Assembly (NCBI GenBank): GCA_964016885.1
Contig: OZ024744.1
Coordinates: 4,216,001 to 4,280,000 of the forward strand
DNA from: Eledone cirrhosa
Lineage: Eukaryota
Length of the DNA: 64,000 nt
Direction of reading: 5' to 3'
Part shown: in pieces, positions 12,501-26,100 of the stretch
Position numbering within the stretch: the stretch's first letter is position 1
Layout: each line of letters starts with the position of its first letter
Notes under the pieces: generated by a model
Database searches by the model: none
What the model saw: only the letters and a program-made list of their open reading frames with translations
Told to the model about the DNA's origin: nothing
Position numbers and translations under genes: made by a program

Positions 12501-15500
12501 AGCTTGGTGAAGAACGAAGTTCTGAGGGAAGACAAGGTAGAGAAAGATAGCTTGGTGAAGAACGACGTTTTGTGGGAAGACAAGGTAGAGAAAGATATCT
12601 TGGTGAAGAACGAAGTTTTGACGGAAGACAAGGTAGAGAAAGATAGCTTGCGAAGAACGAAGTTTTGGGGGAAGACAAGGTAGAGAAAGATAGCTTGGTG
12701 AAGAACGAAGTTTTGTGGGAGAACAAGGTAGAGAAAGATAGCTTGGTGAAGAACGACGTTTTGAGGGAAGACAAGGTAGAGAAAGGTAGCTTGGTGAAGA
12801 ACGAAGTTTTGACGGAAGACAAGGTAGAGAAAGATAGCTTGGTGAAGAATGACGTTTTGTGGGAAGACAATGTAGAGAAAGATAGCTTGGTGAAGAACGA
12901 AGTTTTGGGGGAAGACAAGGCAGAGAAAGATAGATTGGTGAAGAACGAAGTTTTGAGGGATGACAAGGTAGAGAAAGATGACTTGGTGTAGAAAGAAGTT
13001 TTGGGGGAAGACAAGGTAGAGAAAGATAGCTTGGTGAAGAACGAAGTTTTGGGGGAAGACAAGGTAGAGAAAGATAGCTTGGTGAAGAACGAAGTTTTGT
13101 GTGAAGACAAGGTAGAGAAAGATAGCTTGGTGAAGAACGAAGTTTTGAGGGAAGACAAGGTAGAGAAAGATAGCTTGGTGAATAACGAAGTTTTGGGAGA
13201 AGACAAGGTAGAGAAAGATAGCTTGGTGAAGAACGATGTTTTGAGGGAAGACAAGGTAGAGAAAGATAGCTTGGTGAAAAACGACGTTTTGAGGGAAGAC
13301 AAGGTAGAGAAAGATAGCTTGGTGAAGAACGAAGTTCTGAGGGAAGACAAGGTAGAGAAAGATAGCTTGGTGAAGAACGAAGTTTTGGGAGAAAACAAGG
13401 TAGAGAAAGATATATTGGTGAAGAACGAAGTTTCGACGGAAGACAAGGTAGAGAAAGATAGCTTGGTGAAGAATGACGTTTTGTGGGAAGACACGGTAGA
13501 GAAAGATAGCTTGGTGAAGAACGAAGTTTTGTGTGAAGATAAGCTAGAGAAAGATAGCTTGGTGAAGAACGAAGTTTTGGGGGAAGACAAGGTAGAGAAA
13601 GATAGCTTGGTGAAGAACGAAGTTTTGGGGTAAGACAAGGTAGAGAAAGATAGCTTGGTGAAGAACGAAGTTTTGAGGGAAGACAACGTATAGAAAGATA
13701 GCTTGGTGAATAACGAAGTTTTGGGAGAAGACAAGGTAGAGAAAGATAGCTTGGTGAAGAACGATGTTTTGAGGGAAGACAAGGTAGAGAAAGATAGCTT
13801 GGTGAAGAACGACGTTTTGAGGGAAGACAAGGTAGAGAAAGATAGCTTGGTGAAGAACGACGTTTTGTGGGAAGACAAGGTAGAGAAAGATAGCTTGGTG
13901 AAGAACGAAGTTTTGGGGGAAGACAAGGTAGAGAAAGATAGCTTGCGAAGAACGAAGTTTTGGGGGAAGACAAGGTAGAGAAAGATAGCTTGGCGAAGAA
14001 CGAAGTTTTGGGGGAAGACAAGGTAGAGAAAGATAGCTTGGTGAAGAACGACGTTTTGAGGGAAAACAAGTTAGAGAAAGATAGCTTGGTGAAGAACGAA
14101 GTTTTGTATGAAGACAAGGTAGAGAAAGATAGCTTGGTGAAGAACGAAGTTTTGAGGGAAGACGAGGTAGAGAAAGATAGCTTGGTGAAGAACGAAGTTT
14201 TGGGGGAAGACAAGGTAGAGAAAGATAGCTTGGTGAAGAACGAAGTTTTGGGGGAAGACAAGGTAGAGAAAGATAGCTTGGTGAAGAACGACGTTTTGAG
14301 GGAAGACAAGGTCGTGAAAGATAGCTTGGTGAAGAACGAAGTTTTGGGGAAGACAATGTAGAGAAAGATAGCTTGGTGAAGAACGAAGTTTTGGGAGAAG
14401 ACAAGGTAGAGAAAGATATCTTGGTGAAGAACGAAGTTTTGGGAGAAGACAAGGTAGAGAAAGATAGCTTGGTGAAGAACGAAGTTTTGGGGGAAGACAA
14501 GGTAGAGAAAGATAGCTTGGTGAAGAACGAAGTTTTGTGTGAAGACAAGCTAGAGAAAGATAGCTTGGTGAAGAACGAAGATTTGAGGGAAGACAAGGTA
14601 GAGAAAGATAGCTTGGTGAATAACGAAGTTTTGGGAGAAGACAAGGTAGAGAAAGATAGCTTGGTGAAGAACGAAGTTTTGGGGGAAGACAAGGTAGAGA
14701 AAGATAGCTTGGTGAAGAACGAAGTTTTGAGGGAAGACAAGGTAGCGAAAGATAGCTTGGTGAATAACGAAGTTTTGGGCGAAGACAAGGTAGAGAAAGA
14801 TAGCTTCGTGAATAACGAAGTTTTGGGAGAAGACAAGGTCGAGAAAGATAGCTTGGTGAAGAACGAAATTTTGAGGGAAGACAAGGTAGAGAATGATAGC
14901 TTGGTGAAGAACGACGTTTTGAGGGAAGACAAAATAGAGAAAGATAGCTTGGTGATGAACGACGTTTTGTGGGATGACAAGGTAGAGAAAGATGACTTGG
15001 TGAAGAACGAAGTTTTGGGGGAAGACAAGGTAGAGAAAGATAGCTTGGTGAAGAACGACGTTTTGAGGGAAGACAAGGTAGAGAAAGATAGCTTGGTGAA
15101 GAACGAAGTTTTGGGGAAGACAATGTAGAGAAAGATAGCTTGGTGAAGAACGAAGTTTTGGGGGAAGACAAGGTAGAGAAAGATAGCTTGGTGAAGAACG
15201 AAGTTCTGAGGGAAGACAAGGTAGAGAAAGATAGCTTGGTGAAGAACGACGTTTTGTGGGAAGACAAGGTAGAGAAAGATATCTTGGTGAAGAACGAAGT
15301 TTTGACGGAAGACAAGGTAGAGAAAGATAGCTTGCGAAGAACGAAGTTTTGGGGGAAGACAAGGTAGAGAAAGATAGCTTGGTGAAGAACGAAGTTTTGT
15401 GGGAGAACAAGGTAGAGAAAGATAGCTTGGTGAAGAACGACGTTTTGAGGGAAGACAAGGTAGAGAAAGGTAGCTTGGTGAAGAACGAAGTTTTGACGGA

Positions 15501-17200
15501 AGACAAGGTAGAGAAAGATAGCTTGGTGAAGAATGACGTTTTGTGGGAAGACAATGTAGAGAAAGATAGCTTGGTGAAGAACGAAGTTTTGGGGGAAGAC
15601 AAGGCAGAGAAAGATAGATTGGTGAAGAACGAAGTTTTGAGGGATGACAAGGTAGAGAAAGATGACTTGGTGTAGAAAGAAGTTTTGGGGGAAGACAAGG
15701 TAGAGAAAGATAGCTTGGTGAAGAACGAAGTTTTGGGGGAAGACAAGGTAGAGAAAGATAGCTTGGTGAAGAACGAAGTTTTGGGGGAAGACAAGGTAGA
15801 GAAAGATAGCTTGGTGAAGAACGAAGTTTTGAGGGAAGACAAGGTAGAGAAAGATAGCTTGGTGAATAACGAAGTTTTGGGAGAAGACAAGGTAGAGAAA
15901 GATAGCTTGGTGAAGAACGATGTTTTGAGGGAAGACAAGGTAGAGAAAGATAGCTTGGTGAAAAACGACGTTTTGAGGGAAGACAAGGTAGAGAAAGATA
16001 GCTTGGTGAAGAACGAAGTTCTGAGGGAAGACAAGGTAGAGAAAGATAGCTTGGTGAAGAACGAAGTTTTGGGAGAAAACAAGGTAGAGAAAGATATATT
16101 GGTGAAGAACGAAGTTTCGACGGAAGACAAGGTAGAGAAAGATAGCTTGGTGAAGAATGACGTTTTGTGGGAAGACAAGGTAGAGAAAGATAGCTTGGTG
16201 AAGAACGAAGTTTTGTGTGAAGATAAGCTAGAGAAAGATAGCTTGGTGAAGAACGAAGTTTTGGGGGAAGACAAGGTAGAGAAAGATAGCTTGGTGAAGA
16301 ACGAAGTTTTGGGGTAAGACAAGGTAGAGAAAGATAGCTTGGTGAAGAACGAAGTTTTGAGGGAAGACAAGGTATAGAAAGATAGCTTGGTGAATAACGA
16401 AGTTTTGGGAGAAGACAAGGTTGAGAAAGATAGCTTGGTGAAGAACGATGTTTTGAGGGAAGACAAGGTAGAGAAAGATAGCTTGGTGAAGAACGACGTT
16501 TTGAGGGAAGACAAGGTAGAGAAAGATAGCTTGGTGAAGAACGACGTTTTGTGGGAAGACAAGGTAGAGAAAGATAGCTTGGTGAAGAACGAAGTTTTGG
16601 GGGAAGACAAGGTAGAGAAAGATAGCTTGCGAAGAACGAAGTTTTGGGGGAAGACAAGGTAGAGAAAGATAGCTTGGCGAAGAACGAAGTTTTGGGGGAA
16701 GACAAGGTAGAGAAAGATAGCTTGGTGAAGAACGACGTTTTGAGGGAAGACAAGTTAGAGAAAGATAGCTTGGTGAAGAACGAAGTTTTGTATGAAGACA
16801 AGCTAGAGAAAGATAGCTTGGTGAAGAACGAAGTTTTAGGGGAAGACAAGGTAGAGAAAGATAGCTTGGTGAAGAACGAAGTTTTGGGGGAAGACAAGGT
16901 AGAGAAAGATAGCTTGGTGAAGAACAAAGTTTTGGGGGAAGACAAGGTAGAGAAAGATAGCTTGGTGAAGAACGAAGTTTTGAGGGAAGACGAGGTAGAG
17001 AAAGATAGCTTGGTGAAGAACGAAGTTTTGGGGGAAGACAAGGTAGAGAAAGATAGCTTGGTGAAGAACGAAGTTTTGGGGGAAGACAAGGTAGAGAAAG
17101 ATAGCTTGGTGAAGAACGACGTTTTGAGGGAAGACAAGGTCGTGAAAGATAGCTTGGTGAAGAACGAAGTTTTGGGGAAGACAATGTAGAGAAAGATAGC
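9541..17200 (+). repeat. Three-copy HOR block, offsets 2876 bp (60-mer) and 2684 bp (56-mer), with private variants
   Basis: Matching ORF starts at 9580/12456/15140, 9789/12665/15349 and 10827/13703/16387. Variants found only here include aaggcagag (KAE), gtgtagaaa (stop at 10113, 12989, 15673), gtttcgacg (VST) and gtatagaaa (stop). Confidence 0.9.
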
Positions 17201-20200
17201 TTGGTGAAGAACGAAGTTTTGGGTGAAGACAAGGTAGAGAAAGATAGCTTGGTGAAGAACGAAGTTCTGAGGGAAGACAAGGTAGAGAAAGATAGCTTGG
17301 TGAAGAACGAAGTTTTGGGAGGAGACAAGGTAGAGAAAGATATCTTGGTGAAGAACGAAGTTTTGACGGAAGACAAGGTAGAGAAAGATAGCTTGGTAAA
17401 GAATGACGTTTTGTGGGAAGACAAGGTAGAGAAAGATAGCTTGGTGAAGAACGAAGTTTTGTGTGAAGACAAGCTAGAGAAAGATAGCTTGGTGAAGAAC
17501 GAAGTTTTGAGGGAAGACAAGGTAGAGAAAGATAGCTTGGTGAATAACGAAGTTTTGGGAGAAGACAAGGTAGAGAAAGATAGCTTGCTGAAGAACGAAG
17601 TTTTGGGGGAAGACAAGGTAGAGCAAGATAGCTTGGTGAAGAACGAAGTTTTGAGGGAAGACAAGGTAGCGAAAGATAGCTTGGTGAATAACGAAGTTTT
17701 GGGGGAAGACAAGGTAGAGAAAGATAGCTTGGTGAATAACGAAGTTTTGGGAGAAGACAAGGTCGAGAAAGATAGCTTGGTGAAGAACGAAATGTTGAGG
17801 GAAGACAAGGTAGAGAAAGATAGCTTGGTGAAGAACGACGTTTTGAGGGAAGACAAAATAGAGAAAGATAGCTTGGTGAAGAACGACGTTTTGTGGGATG
17901 ACAAGGTAGAGAAAGATGACTTGGTGAAGAACGAAGTTTTGGGGGAAGACAAGGTAGATAAAGATAGCTTGGTGAAGAACGAAGTTTTGGGGGAAGACAA
18001 GGTAGAGAAAGATAGCTTGGTGAAGAACGACGTTTTGAGGGAAGACAAGGTAGAGAAAGATAGCTTGGTGAAGAACGAAGTTTTGGGGAAGACAATGTAG
18101 AGAAAGATAGCTTGGTGAAGAACGAAGTTTTGGGGGAAGACAAGGTAGAGAAAGATAGCTTGGTGAAGAACGAAGTTCTGAGGGAAGACAAGGTAGAGAA
18201 AGATAGCTTGGTGAAGAACGACGTTTAGTGGGAAGACAAGGTAGAAAAAGATATCTTGGTGAAGAACGAAGTTTTGACGGAAGACAAGGTAGAGAAAGAG
18301 AGCTTGCGAAGAACGAAGTTTTGGGGGAAGACAAGGTAGAGAAAGATAGCTTGGTGAAGAACGAAGTTTTGTGGGAGGACAAGGTAGAGAAAGATAGCTT
18401 GGTGAAGAACGACGTTTTGAGGGAAGACAAGGTAGAGAAAGATAGCTTGGTGAAGAACGAAGTTTTGACGGAAGACAAGGTAGAGAAAGATAGCTTGGTG
18501 AAGAATGACGTTTTGTGGGAAGACAAGGTAGAGAAAGATAGCTTGGTGAAGAACGAAGTTTTGGGGGAAGACAAGGTAGAGAAAGATAGCTTGGTGAAGA
18601 ACGAAGTTTTGGGGGAAGACGAGGTAGAGAAAGATAGCTTGGTGAACAACGAAGTTTTGGGGGAAGACAAGGTAGAGAAAGATAGCTTGGTGAAGAACGA
18701 AGTTTTGGGGGAAGACAAGGTAGAGAAAGATAGCTTGGTGAAGAACGAAGTTTTGGGGGAAGACAAGGTAGAGAAAGATAGCTTGGTGAAGAACGACGTT
18801 TTGAGGGAAGACAAGTTAGAGAAAGATAGCTTGGTGAAGAACGAAGTTTTGACGGAAGACAAGGTAGAGAAAGATAGCTTGGTGAAGAATGACGTTTTGT
18901 GGGAAGACAAGGTAGAGAAAGATAGCTTGGTGAAGAACGAAGTTTTGTATGAAGACAAGCTAGAAAAAGATAGCTTGGTGAAGAACGAAGTTTTGGGGGA
19001 AGACAAGGTAGAGAAAGATAGCTTGCGAAGAACGAAGTTTTGGGGGAAGACAAGGTAGAGAAAGATAGCTTGGCGAAGAACGAAGTTTTGGGGGAAGACA
19101 AGGTAGAGAAAGATAGCTTGGTGAAGAACGACGTTTTGAGGGAAGACAAGTTAGAGAAAGATAGCTTGGTGAAGAACGAAGTTTTGTATGAAGACAAGCT
19201 AGAGAAAGATAGCTTGGTGAAGAACGAAGTTTTAGGGGAAGACAAGGTAGAGAAAGATAGCTTGGTGAAGAACGAAGTTTTGGGGGAAGACAAGGTAGAG
19301 AAAGATAGCTTGGTGAAGAACAAAGTTTTGGGGGAAGACAAGGTAGAGAAAGATAGCTTGGTGAAGAACGAAGTTTTGAGGGAAGACGAGGTAGAGAAAG
19401 ATAGCTTGGTGAAGAACGAAGTTTTGGGGGAAGACAAGGTAGAGAAAGATAGCTTGGTGAAGAACGAAGTTTTGGGGGAAGACAAGGTAGAGAAAGATAG
19501 CTTGGTGAAGAACGACGTTTTGAGGGAAGACAAGGTCGTGAAAGATAGCTTGGTGAAGAACGAAGTTTTGGGGAAGACAATGTAGAGAAAGATAGCTTGG
19601 TGAAGAACGAAGTTTTGGGTGAAGACAAGGTAGAGAAAGATAGCTTGGTGAAGAACGAAGTTCTGAGGGAAGACAAGGTAGAGAAAGATAGCTTGGTGAA
19701 GAACGAAGTTTTGGGAGGAGACAAGGTAGAGAAAGATATCTTGGTGAAGAACGAAGTTTTGACGGAAGACAAGGTAGAGAAAGATAGCTTGGTAAAGAAT
19801 GACGTTTTGTGGGAAGACAAGGTAGAGAAAGATAGCTTGGTGAAGAACGAAGTTTTGTGTGAAGACAAGCTAGAGAAAGATAGCTTGGTGAAGAACGAAG
19901 TTTTGAGGGAAGACAAGGTAGAGAAAGATAGCTTGGTGAATAACGAAGTTTTGGGAGAAGACAAGGTAGAGAAAGATAGCTTGCTGAAGAACGAAGTTTT
20001 GGGGGAAGACAAGGTAGAGCAAGATAGCTTGGTGAAGAACGAAGTTTTGAGGGAAGACAAGGTAGCGAAAGATAGCTTGGTGAATAACGAAGTTTTGGGG
20101 GAAGACAAGGTAGAGAAAGATAGCTTGGTGAATAACGAAGTTTTGGGAGAAGACAAGGTCGAGAAAGATAGCTTGGTGAAGAACGAAATGTTGAGGGAAG

Positions 20201-21390
20201 ACAAGGTAGAGAAAGATAGCTTGGTGAAGAACGACGTTTTGAGGGAAGACAAAATAGAGAAAGATAGCTTGGTGAAGAACGACGTTTTGTGGGATGACAA
20301 GGTAGAGAAAGATGACTTGGTGAAGAACGAAGTTTTGGGGGAAGACAAGGTAGATAAAGATAGCTTGGTGAAGAACGAAGTTTTGGGGGAAGACAAGGTA
20401 GAGAAAGATAGCTTGGTGAAGAACGACGTTTTGAGGGAAGACAAGGTAGAGAAAGATAGCTTGGTGAAGAACGAAGTTTTGGGGAAGACAATGTAGAGAA
20501 AGATAGCTTGGTGAAGAACGAAGTTTTGGGGGAAGACAAGGTAGAGAAAGATAGCTTGGTGAAGAACGAAGTTCTGAGGGAAGACAAGGTAGAGAAAGAT
20601 AGCTTGGTGAAGAACGACGTTTAGTGGGAAGACAAGGTAGAAAAAGATATCTTGGTGAAGAACGAAGTTTTGACGGAAGACAAGGTAGAGAAAGAGAGCT
20701 TGCGAAGAACGAAGTTTTGGGGGAAGACAAGGTAGAGAAAGATAGCTTGGTGAAGAACGAAGTTTTGTGGGAGGACAAGGTAGAGAAAGATAGCTTGGTG
20801 AAGAACGACGTTTTGAGGGAAGACAAGGTAGAGAAAGATAGCTTGGTGAAGAACGAAGTTTTGACGGAAGACAAGGTAGAGAAAGATAGCTTGGTGAAGA
20901 ATGACGTTTTGTGGGAAGACAAGGTAGAGAAAGATAGCTTGGTGAAGAACGAAGTTTTGGGGGAAGACAAGGTAGAGAAAGATAGCTTGGTGAAGAACGA
21001 AGTTTTGGGGGAAGACGAGGTAGAGAAAGATAGCTTGGTGAACAACGAAGTTTTGGGGGAAGACAAGGTAGAGAAAGATAGCTTGGTGAAGAACGAAGTT
21101 TTGGGGGAAGACAAGGTAGAGAAAGATAGCTTGGTGAAGAACGAAGTTTTGGGGGAAGACAAGGTAGAGAAAGATAGCTTGGTGAAGAACGACGTTTTGA
21201 GGGAAGACAAGTTAGAGAAAGATAGCTTGGTGAAGAACGAAGTTTTGACGGAAGACAAGGTAGAGAAAGATAGCTTGGTGAAGAATGACGTTTTGTGGGA
21301 AGACAAGGTAGAGAAAGATAGCTTGGTGAAGAACGAAGTTTTGTATGAAGACAAGCTAGAAAAAGATAGCTTGGTGAAGAACGAAGTTTT
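16570..21390 (+). repeat. Tandem duplication, offset 2396 bp (50 monomers minus 4 nt)
   Basis: ORF pairs 16644/19040, 17201/19597 and 18228/20624 are all 2396 apart. The private variant gaaatgttg (NEML) occurs only at ~17790 and ~20186. Confidence 0.9.
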
Positions 21391-23165
21391 AGGGGAAGAC
21401 AAGGTAGAGAAAGATAGCTTGGTGAAGAACGAAGTTTTGGGGGAAGACAAGGTAGAGAAAGATAGCTTGGTGAAGAACAAAGTTTTGGGGGAAGACAAGG
21501 TAGAGAAAGATAGCTTGGTGAAGAACGAAGTTTTGAGGGAAGACGAGGTAGAGAAAGATAGCTTGGTGAAGAACGAAGTTTTGGGGGAAGACAAGGTAGA
21601 GAAAGATAGCTTGGTGAAGAACGAAGTTTTGGGGGAAGACAAGGTAGAGAAAGATAGCTTGGTGAAGAACGACGTTTTGAGGGAAGACAAGGTCGTGAAA
21701 GATAGCTTGGTGAAGAACGAAGTTTTGGGGAAGACAATGTAGAGAAAGATAGCTTGGTGAAGAACGAAGTTTTGGGGGAAGACAAGGTAGAGAAAGATAG
21801 CTTGGTGAAGAACGAAGTTCTGAGGGAAGACAAGGTAGAGAAAGATAGCTTGGTGAAGAACGAAGTTTTGGGAGGAGACAAGGTAGAGAAAGATATCTTG
21901 GTGAAGAACGAAGTTTTGACGGAAGACAAGGTAGAGAAAGATAGCTTGGTGAAGAATGACGTTTTGTGGGAAGACAAGGTAGAGAAAGATAGCTTGGTGA
22001 AGAACGAAGTTTTGTGTGAAGACAAGCTAGAGAAAGATAGCTTGGTGAAGAACGAAGTTTTGAGGGAAGACAAGGTCGAGAAAGATAGCTTGGTGAATAA
22101 CGAAGTTTTGGGAGAAGACAAGGTAGAGAAAGATAGCTTGGTGAAGAACGAAGTTTTGGGGGAAGACAAGGTAGAGAAAGATAGCTTGGTGAAGAACGAA
22201 GTTTTGAGGGAAGACAAGGTAGCGAAAGATAGCTTGGTGAATAACGAAGTTTTGGGGGAAGACAAGGTAGAGAAAGATAGCTTGGTGAATAACGAAGTTT
22301 TGGGAGAAGACAAGGTCGAGAAAGATAGCTTGGTGAAGAACGAAATTTTGAGGGAAGACAAGGTAGAGAAAGATAGCTTGGTGAAGAACAAAGTTTTGGG
22401 GGAAGACAAGGTAGAGAAAGATAGCTTGGTGAAGAACGAAGTTTTGAGGGAAGACGAGGTAGAGAAAGATAGCTTGGTGAAGAACGAAGTTTTGGGGGAA
22501 GACAAGGTAGAGAAAGATAGCTTGGTGAAGAACGAAGTTTTGGGGGAAGACAAGGTAGAGAAAGATAGCTTGGTGAAGAACGACGTTTTGAGGGAAGACA
22601 AGGTCGTGAAAGATAGCTTGGTGAAGAACGAAGTTTTGGGGAAGACAATGTAGAGAAAGATAGCTTGGTGAAGAACGAAGTTTTGGGGGAAGACAAGGTA
22701 GAGAAAGATAGCTTGGTGAAGAACGAAGTTCTGAGGGAAGACAAGGTAGAGAAAGATAGCTTGGTGAAGAACGAAGTTTTGGGAGGAGACAAGGTAGAGA
22801 AAGATATCTTGGTGAAGAACGAAGTTTTGACGGAAGACAAGGTAGAGAAAGATAGCTTGGTGAAGAATGACGTTTTGTGGGAAGACAAGGTAGAGAAAGA
22901 TAGCTTGGTGAAGAACGAAGTTTTGTGTGAAGACAAGCTAGAGAAAGATAGCTTGGTGAAGAACGAAGTTTTGAGGGAAGACAAGGTAGAGAAAGATAGC
23001 TTGGTGAATAACGAAGTTTTGGGAGAAGACAAGGTAGAGAAAGATAGCTTGGTGAAGAACGAAGTTTTGGGGGAAGACAAGGTAGAGAAAGATAGCTTGG
23101 TGAAGAACGAAGTTTTGAGGGAAGACAAGGTAGCGAAAGATAGCTTGGTGAATAACGAAGTTTTG

Positions 23166-26100
23166 GGGGAAGACAAGGTAGAGAAAGATAGCTTGGTGAA
23201 TAACGAAGTTTTGGGAGAAGACAAGGTCGAGAAAGATAGCTTGGTGAAGAACGAAATTTTGAGGGAAGACAAGGTAGAGAAAGATAGCTTGGTGAAGAAC
23301 GACGTTTTGAAAGAAGACAAAATAGAGAAAGATAGCTTGGTGAAGAACGACGTTTTGTGGGATGACAAGGTAGAGAAAGATGACTTGGTGAAGAACGAAG
23401 TTTTGGGGGAAGACAAGGTAGATAAAGATAGCTTGGTGAAGAACGAAGTTTTGGGGGAAGACAAGGTAGAGAAAGATAGCTTGGTGAAGAACGACGTTTT
23501 GAGGGAAGACAAGGTAGAGAAAGATAGCTTGGTGAAGAACGAAGTTTTGAGGGAAGACAAGGTAGCGAAAGATAGCTTGGTGAATAACGAAGTTTTGGGG
23601 GAAGACAAGGTAGAGAAAGATAGCTTGGTGAATAACGAAGTTTTGGGGGAAGACAAGGTAGAGAAAGATAGCTTGGTGAAGAACGAAGTTCTGAGGGAAG
23701 ACAAGGTAGAGAAAGATAGCTTGGTGAAGAACGACGTTTTGTGGGAAGACAAGGTAGAGAAAGATATCTTGGTGAAGAAGGAAGTTTTGACGGAAGACAA
23801 GGTAGAGAAAGATAGCTTGCGAAGAACGAAGTTTTGGGGGAAGACAAGGTAGAGAAAGATAGCTTGGTGAAGAACGAAGTTTTGTGGGAGGACAAGGTAG
23901 AGAAAGATAGCTTGGTGAAGAACGAAGTTCTGAGGGAAGACAAGGTAGAGAAAGATAGCTTGGTGAAGAACGACGTTTTGTGGGAAGACAAGGTAGAGAA
24001 AGATATCTTGGTGAAGAAGGAAGTTTTGACGGAAGACAAGGTAGAGAAAGATAGCTTGCGAAGAACGAAGTTTTGGGGGAAGACAAGGTAGAGAAAGATA
24101 GCTTGGTGAAGAACGAAGTTTTGTGGGAGGACAAGGTAGAGAAAGATAGCTTGGTGAAGAACGACGTTTTGAGGGAAGACAAGGTAGAGAAAGATAGCTT
24201 GGTGAAGAACGAAGTTTTGACGGAAGACAAGGTAGAGAAAGATAGCTTGGTGAAGAACGAAGTTTTGAGGGAAGACAAGGTAGCGAAAGATAGCTTGGTG
24301 AATAACGAAGTTTTGGGGGAAGACAAGGTAGAGAAAGATAGCTTGGTGAATAACGAAGTTTTGGGGGAAGACAAGGTAGAGAAAGATATCTTGGTGAAGA
24401 ACGAAGTTTTGACGGAAGACAAGGTAGAGAAAGAGAGCTTGCGAAGAACGAAGTTTTGGGGGAAGACAAGGTAGAGAAAGATAGCTTGGTGAAGAACGAA
24501 GTTTTGTGGGAGGACAAGGTAGAGAAAGATAGCTTGGTGAAGAACGACGTTTTGAGGGAAGACAAGGTAGAGAAAGATAGCTTGGTGAAGAACGAAGTTT
24601 TGACGGAAGACAAGGTAGAGAAAGATAGCTTGGTGAAGAATGACGTTTTGTGGGAAGACAAGGTAGAGAAAGATAGCTTGGTGAAGAACGAAGTTTTGGG
24701 GGAAGACAAGGTAGAGAAAGATAGCTTGGTGAAGAACGAAGTTTTGGGGGAAGACGAGGTAGAGAAAGATAGCTTGGTGAACAACGAAGTTTTGGGGGAA
24801 GACAAGGTAGAGAAAGATAGCTTGGTGAAGAACGAAGTTTTGGGGGAAGACAAGGTAGAGAAAGATAGCTTGGTGAAGAACGAAGTTTTGGGGGAAGACA
24901 AGGTAGAGAAAGATAGCTTGGTGAAGAACGACGTTTTGAGGGAAGACAAGTTAGAGAAAGATAGCTTGGTGAATAACGAAGTTTTGACGGAAGACAAGGT
25001 AGAGAAAGATAGCTTGGTGAAGAATGACGTTTTGTGGGAAGACAAGGTAGAGAAAGATAGCTTGGTGAAGAACGAAGTTTTGTATGAAGACAAGCTAGAA
25101 AAAGATAGCTTGGTGAAGAACGAAGTTTTAGGGGAAGACAAGGTAGAGAAAGATAGCTTGGTGAAGAACGAAGTTTTGGGTGAAGACAAGGTAGAGAAAG
25201 ATAGCTTGGTGAAGAACGAAGTTCTGAGGGAAGACAAGGTAGAGAAAGATAGCTTGGTGAAGAACGAAGTTTTGGGAGGAGACAAGGTAGAGAAAGATAT
25301 CTTGGTGAAGAACGAAGTTTTGACGGAAGACAAGGTAGAGAAAGATAGCTGGGTAAAGAATGACGTTTTGTGGGAAGACAAGGTAGAGAAAGATAGCTTG
25401 GTGAAGAACGAAGTTTTGTGTGAAGACAAGCTAGAGAAAGATAGCTTGGTGAAGAACGAAGTTTTGAGGGAAGACAAGGTAGAGAAAGATAGCTTGGTGA
25501 ATAACGAAGTTTTGGGAGAAGACAAGGTAGAGAAAGATAGCTTGCTGAAGAACGAAGTTTTGGGGGAAGACAAGGTAGAGCAAGATAGCTTGGTGAAGAA
25601 CGAAGTTTTGAGGGAAGACAAGGTAGCGAAAGATAGCTTGGTGAATAACGAAGTTTTGGGGGAAGACAAGGTAGAGAAAGATAGCTTGGTGAATAACGAA
25701 GTTTTGGGAGAAGACAAGGTCGAGAAAGATAGCTTGGTGAAGAACGAAATTTTGAGGGAAGACAAGGTAGAGAAAGATAGCTTGGTGAAGAACGACGTTT
25801 TGAGGGAAGACAAAATAGAGAAAGATAGCTTGGTGAAGAACGACGTTTTGTGGGATGACAAGGTAGAGAAAGATGACTTGGTGAAGAACGAAGTTTTGGG
25901 GGAAGACAAGGTAGATAAAGATAGCTTGGTGAAGAACGAAGTTTTGGGGGAAGACAAGGTAGAGAAAGATAGCTTGGTGAAGAACGACGTTTTGAGGGAA
26001 GACAAGGTAGAGAAGGATAGCTTGGTGAAGAACGAAGTTTTGGGGAAGACAATGTAGAGAAAGATAGCTTGGTGAAGAACGAAGTTTTGGGGGAAGTCAA

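Noticed and set aside
18228-18310. Apparently distinct N-terminus MGRQGRKRYLGEERSFDGRQGRERELAK on 15 ORFs
   Set aside because: It is the same repeat read in another + frame, where the gatatc and gagagc alleles remove the TAG, before allele B shifts it back.
19586-21742. Core HOR lengths (2157, 2397) are multiples of 3 because three deletions cancel
   Set aside because: Other duplication offsets (2350, 2396, 2684, 3260, 3355, 8531) are not multiples of 3, and stops intervene, so this looks coincidental.
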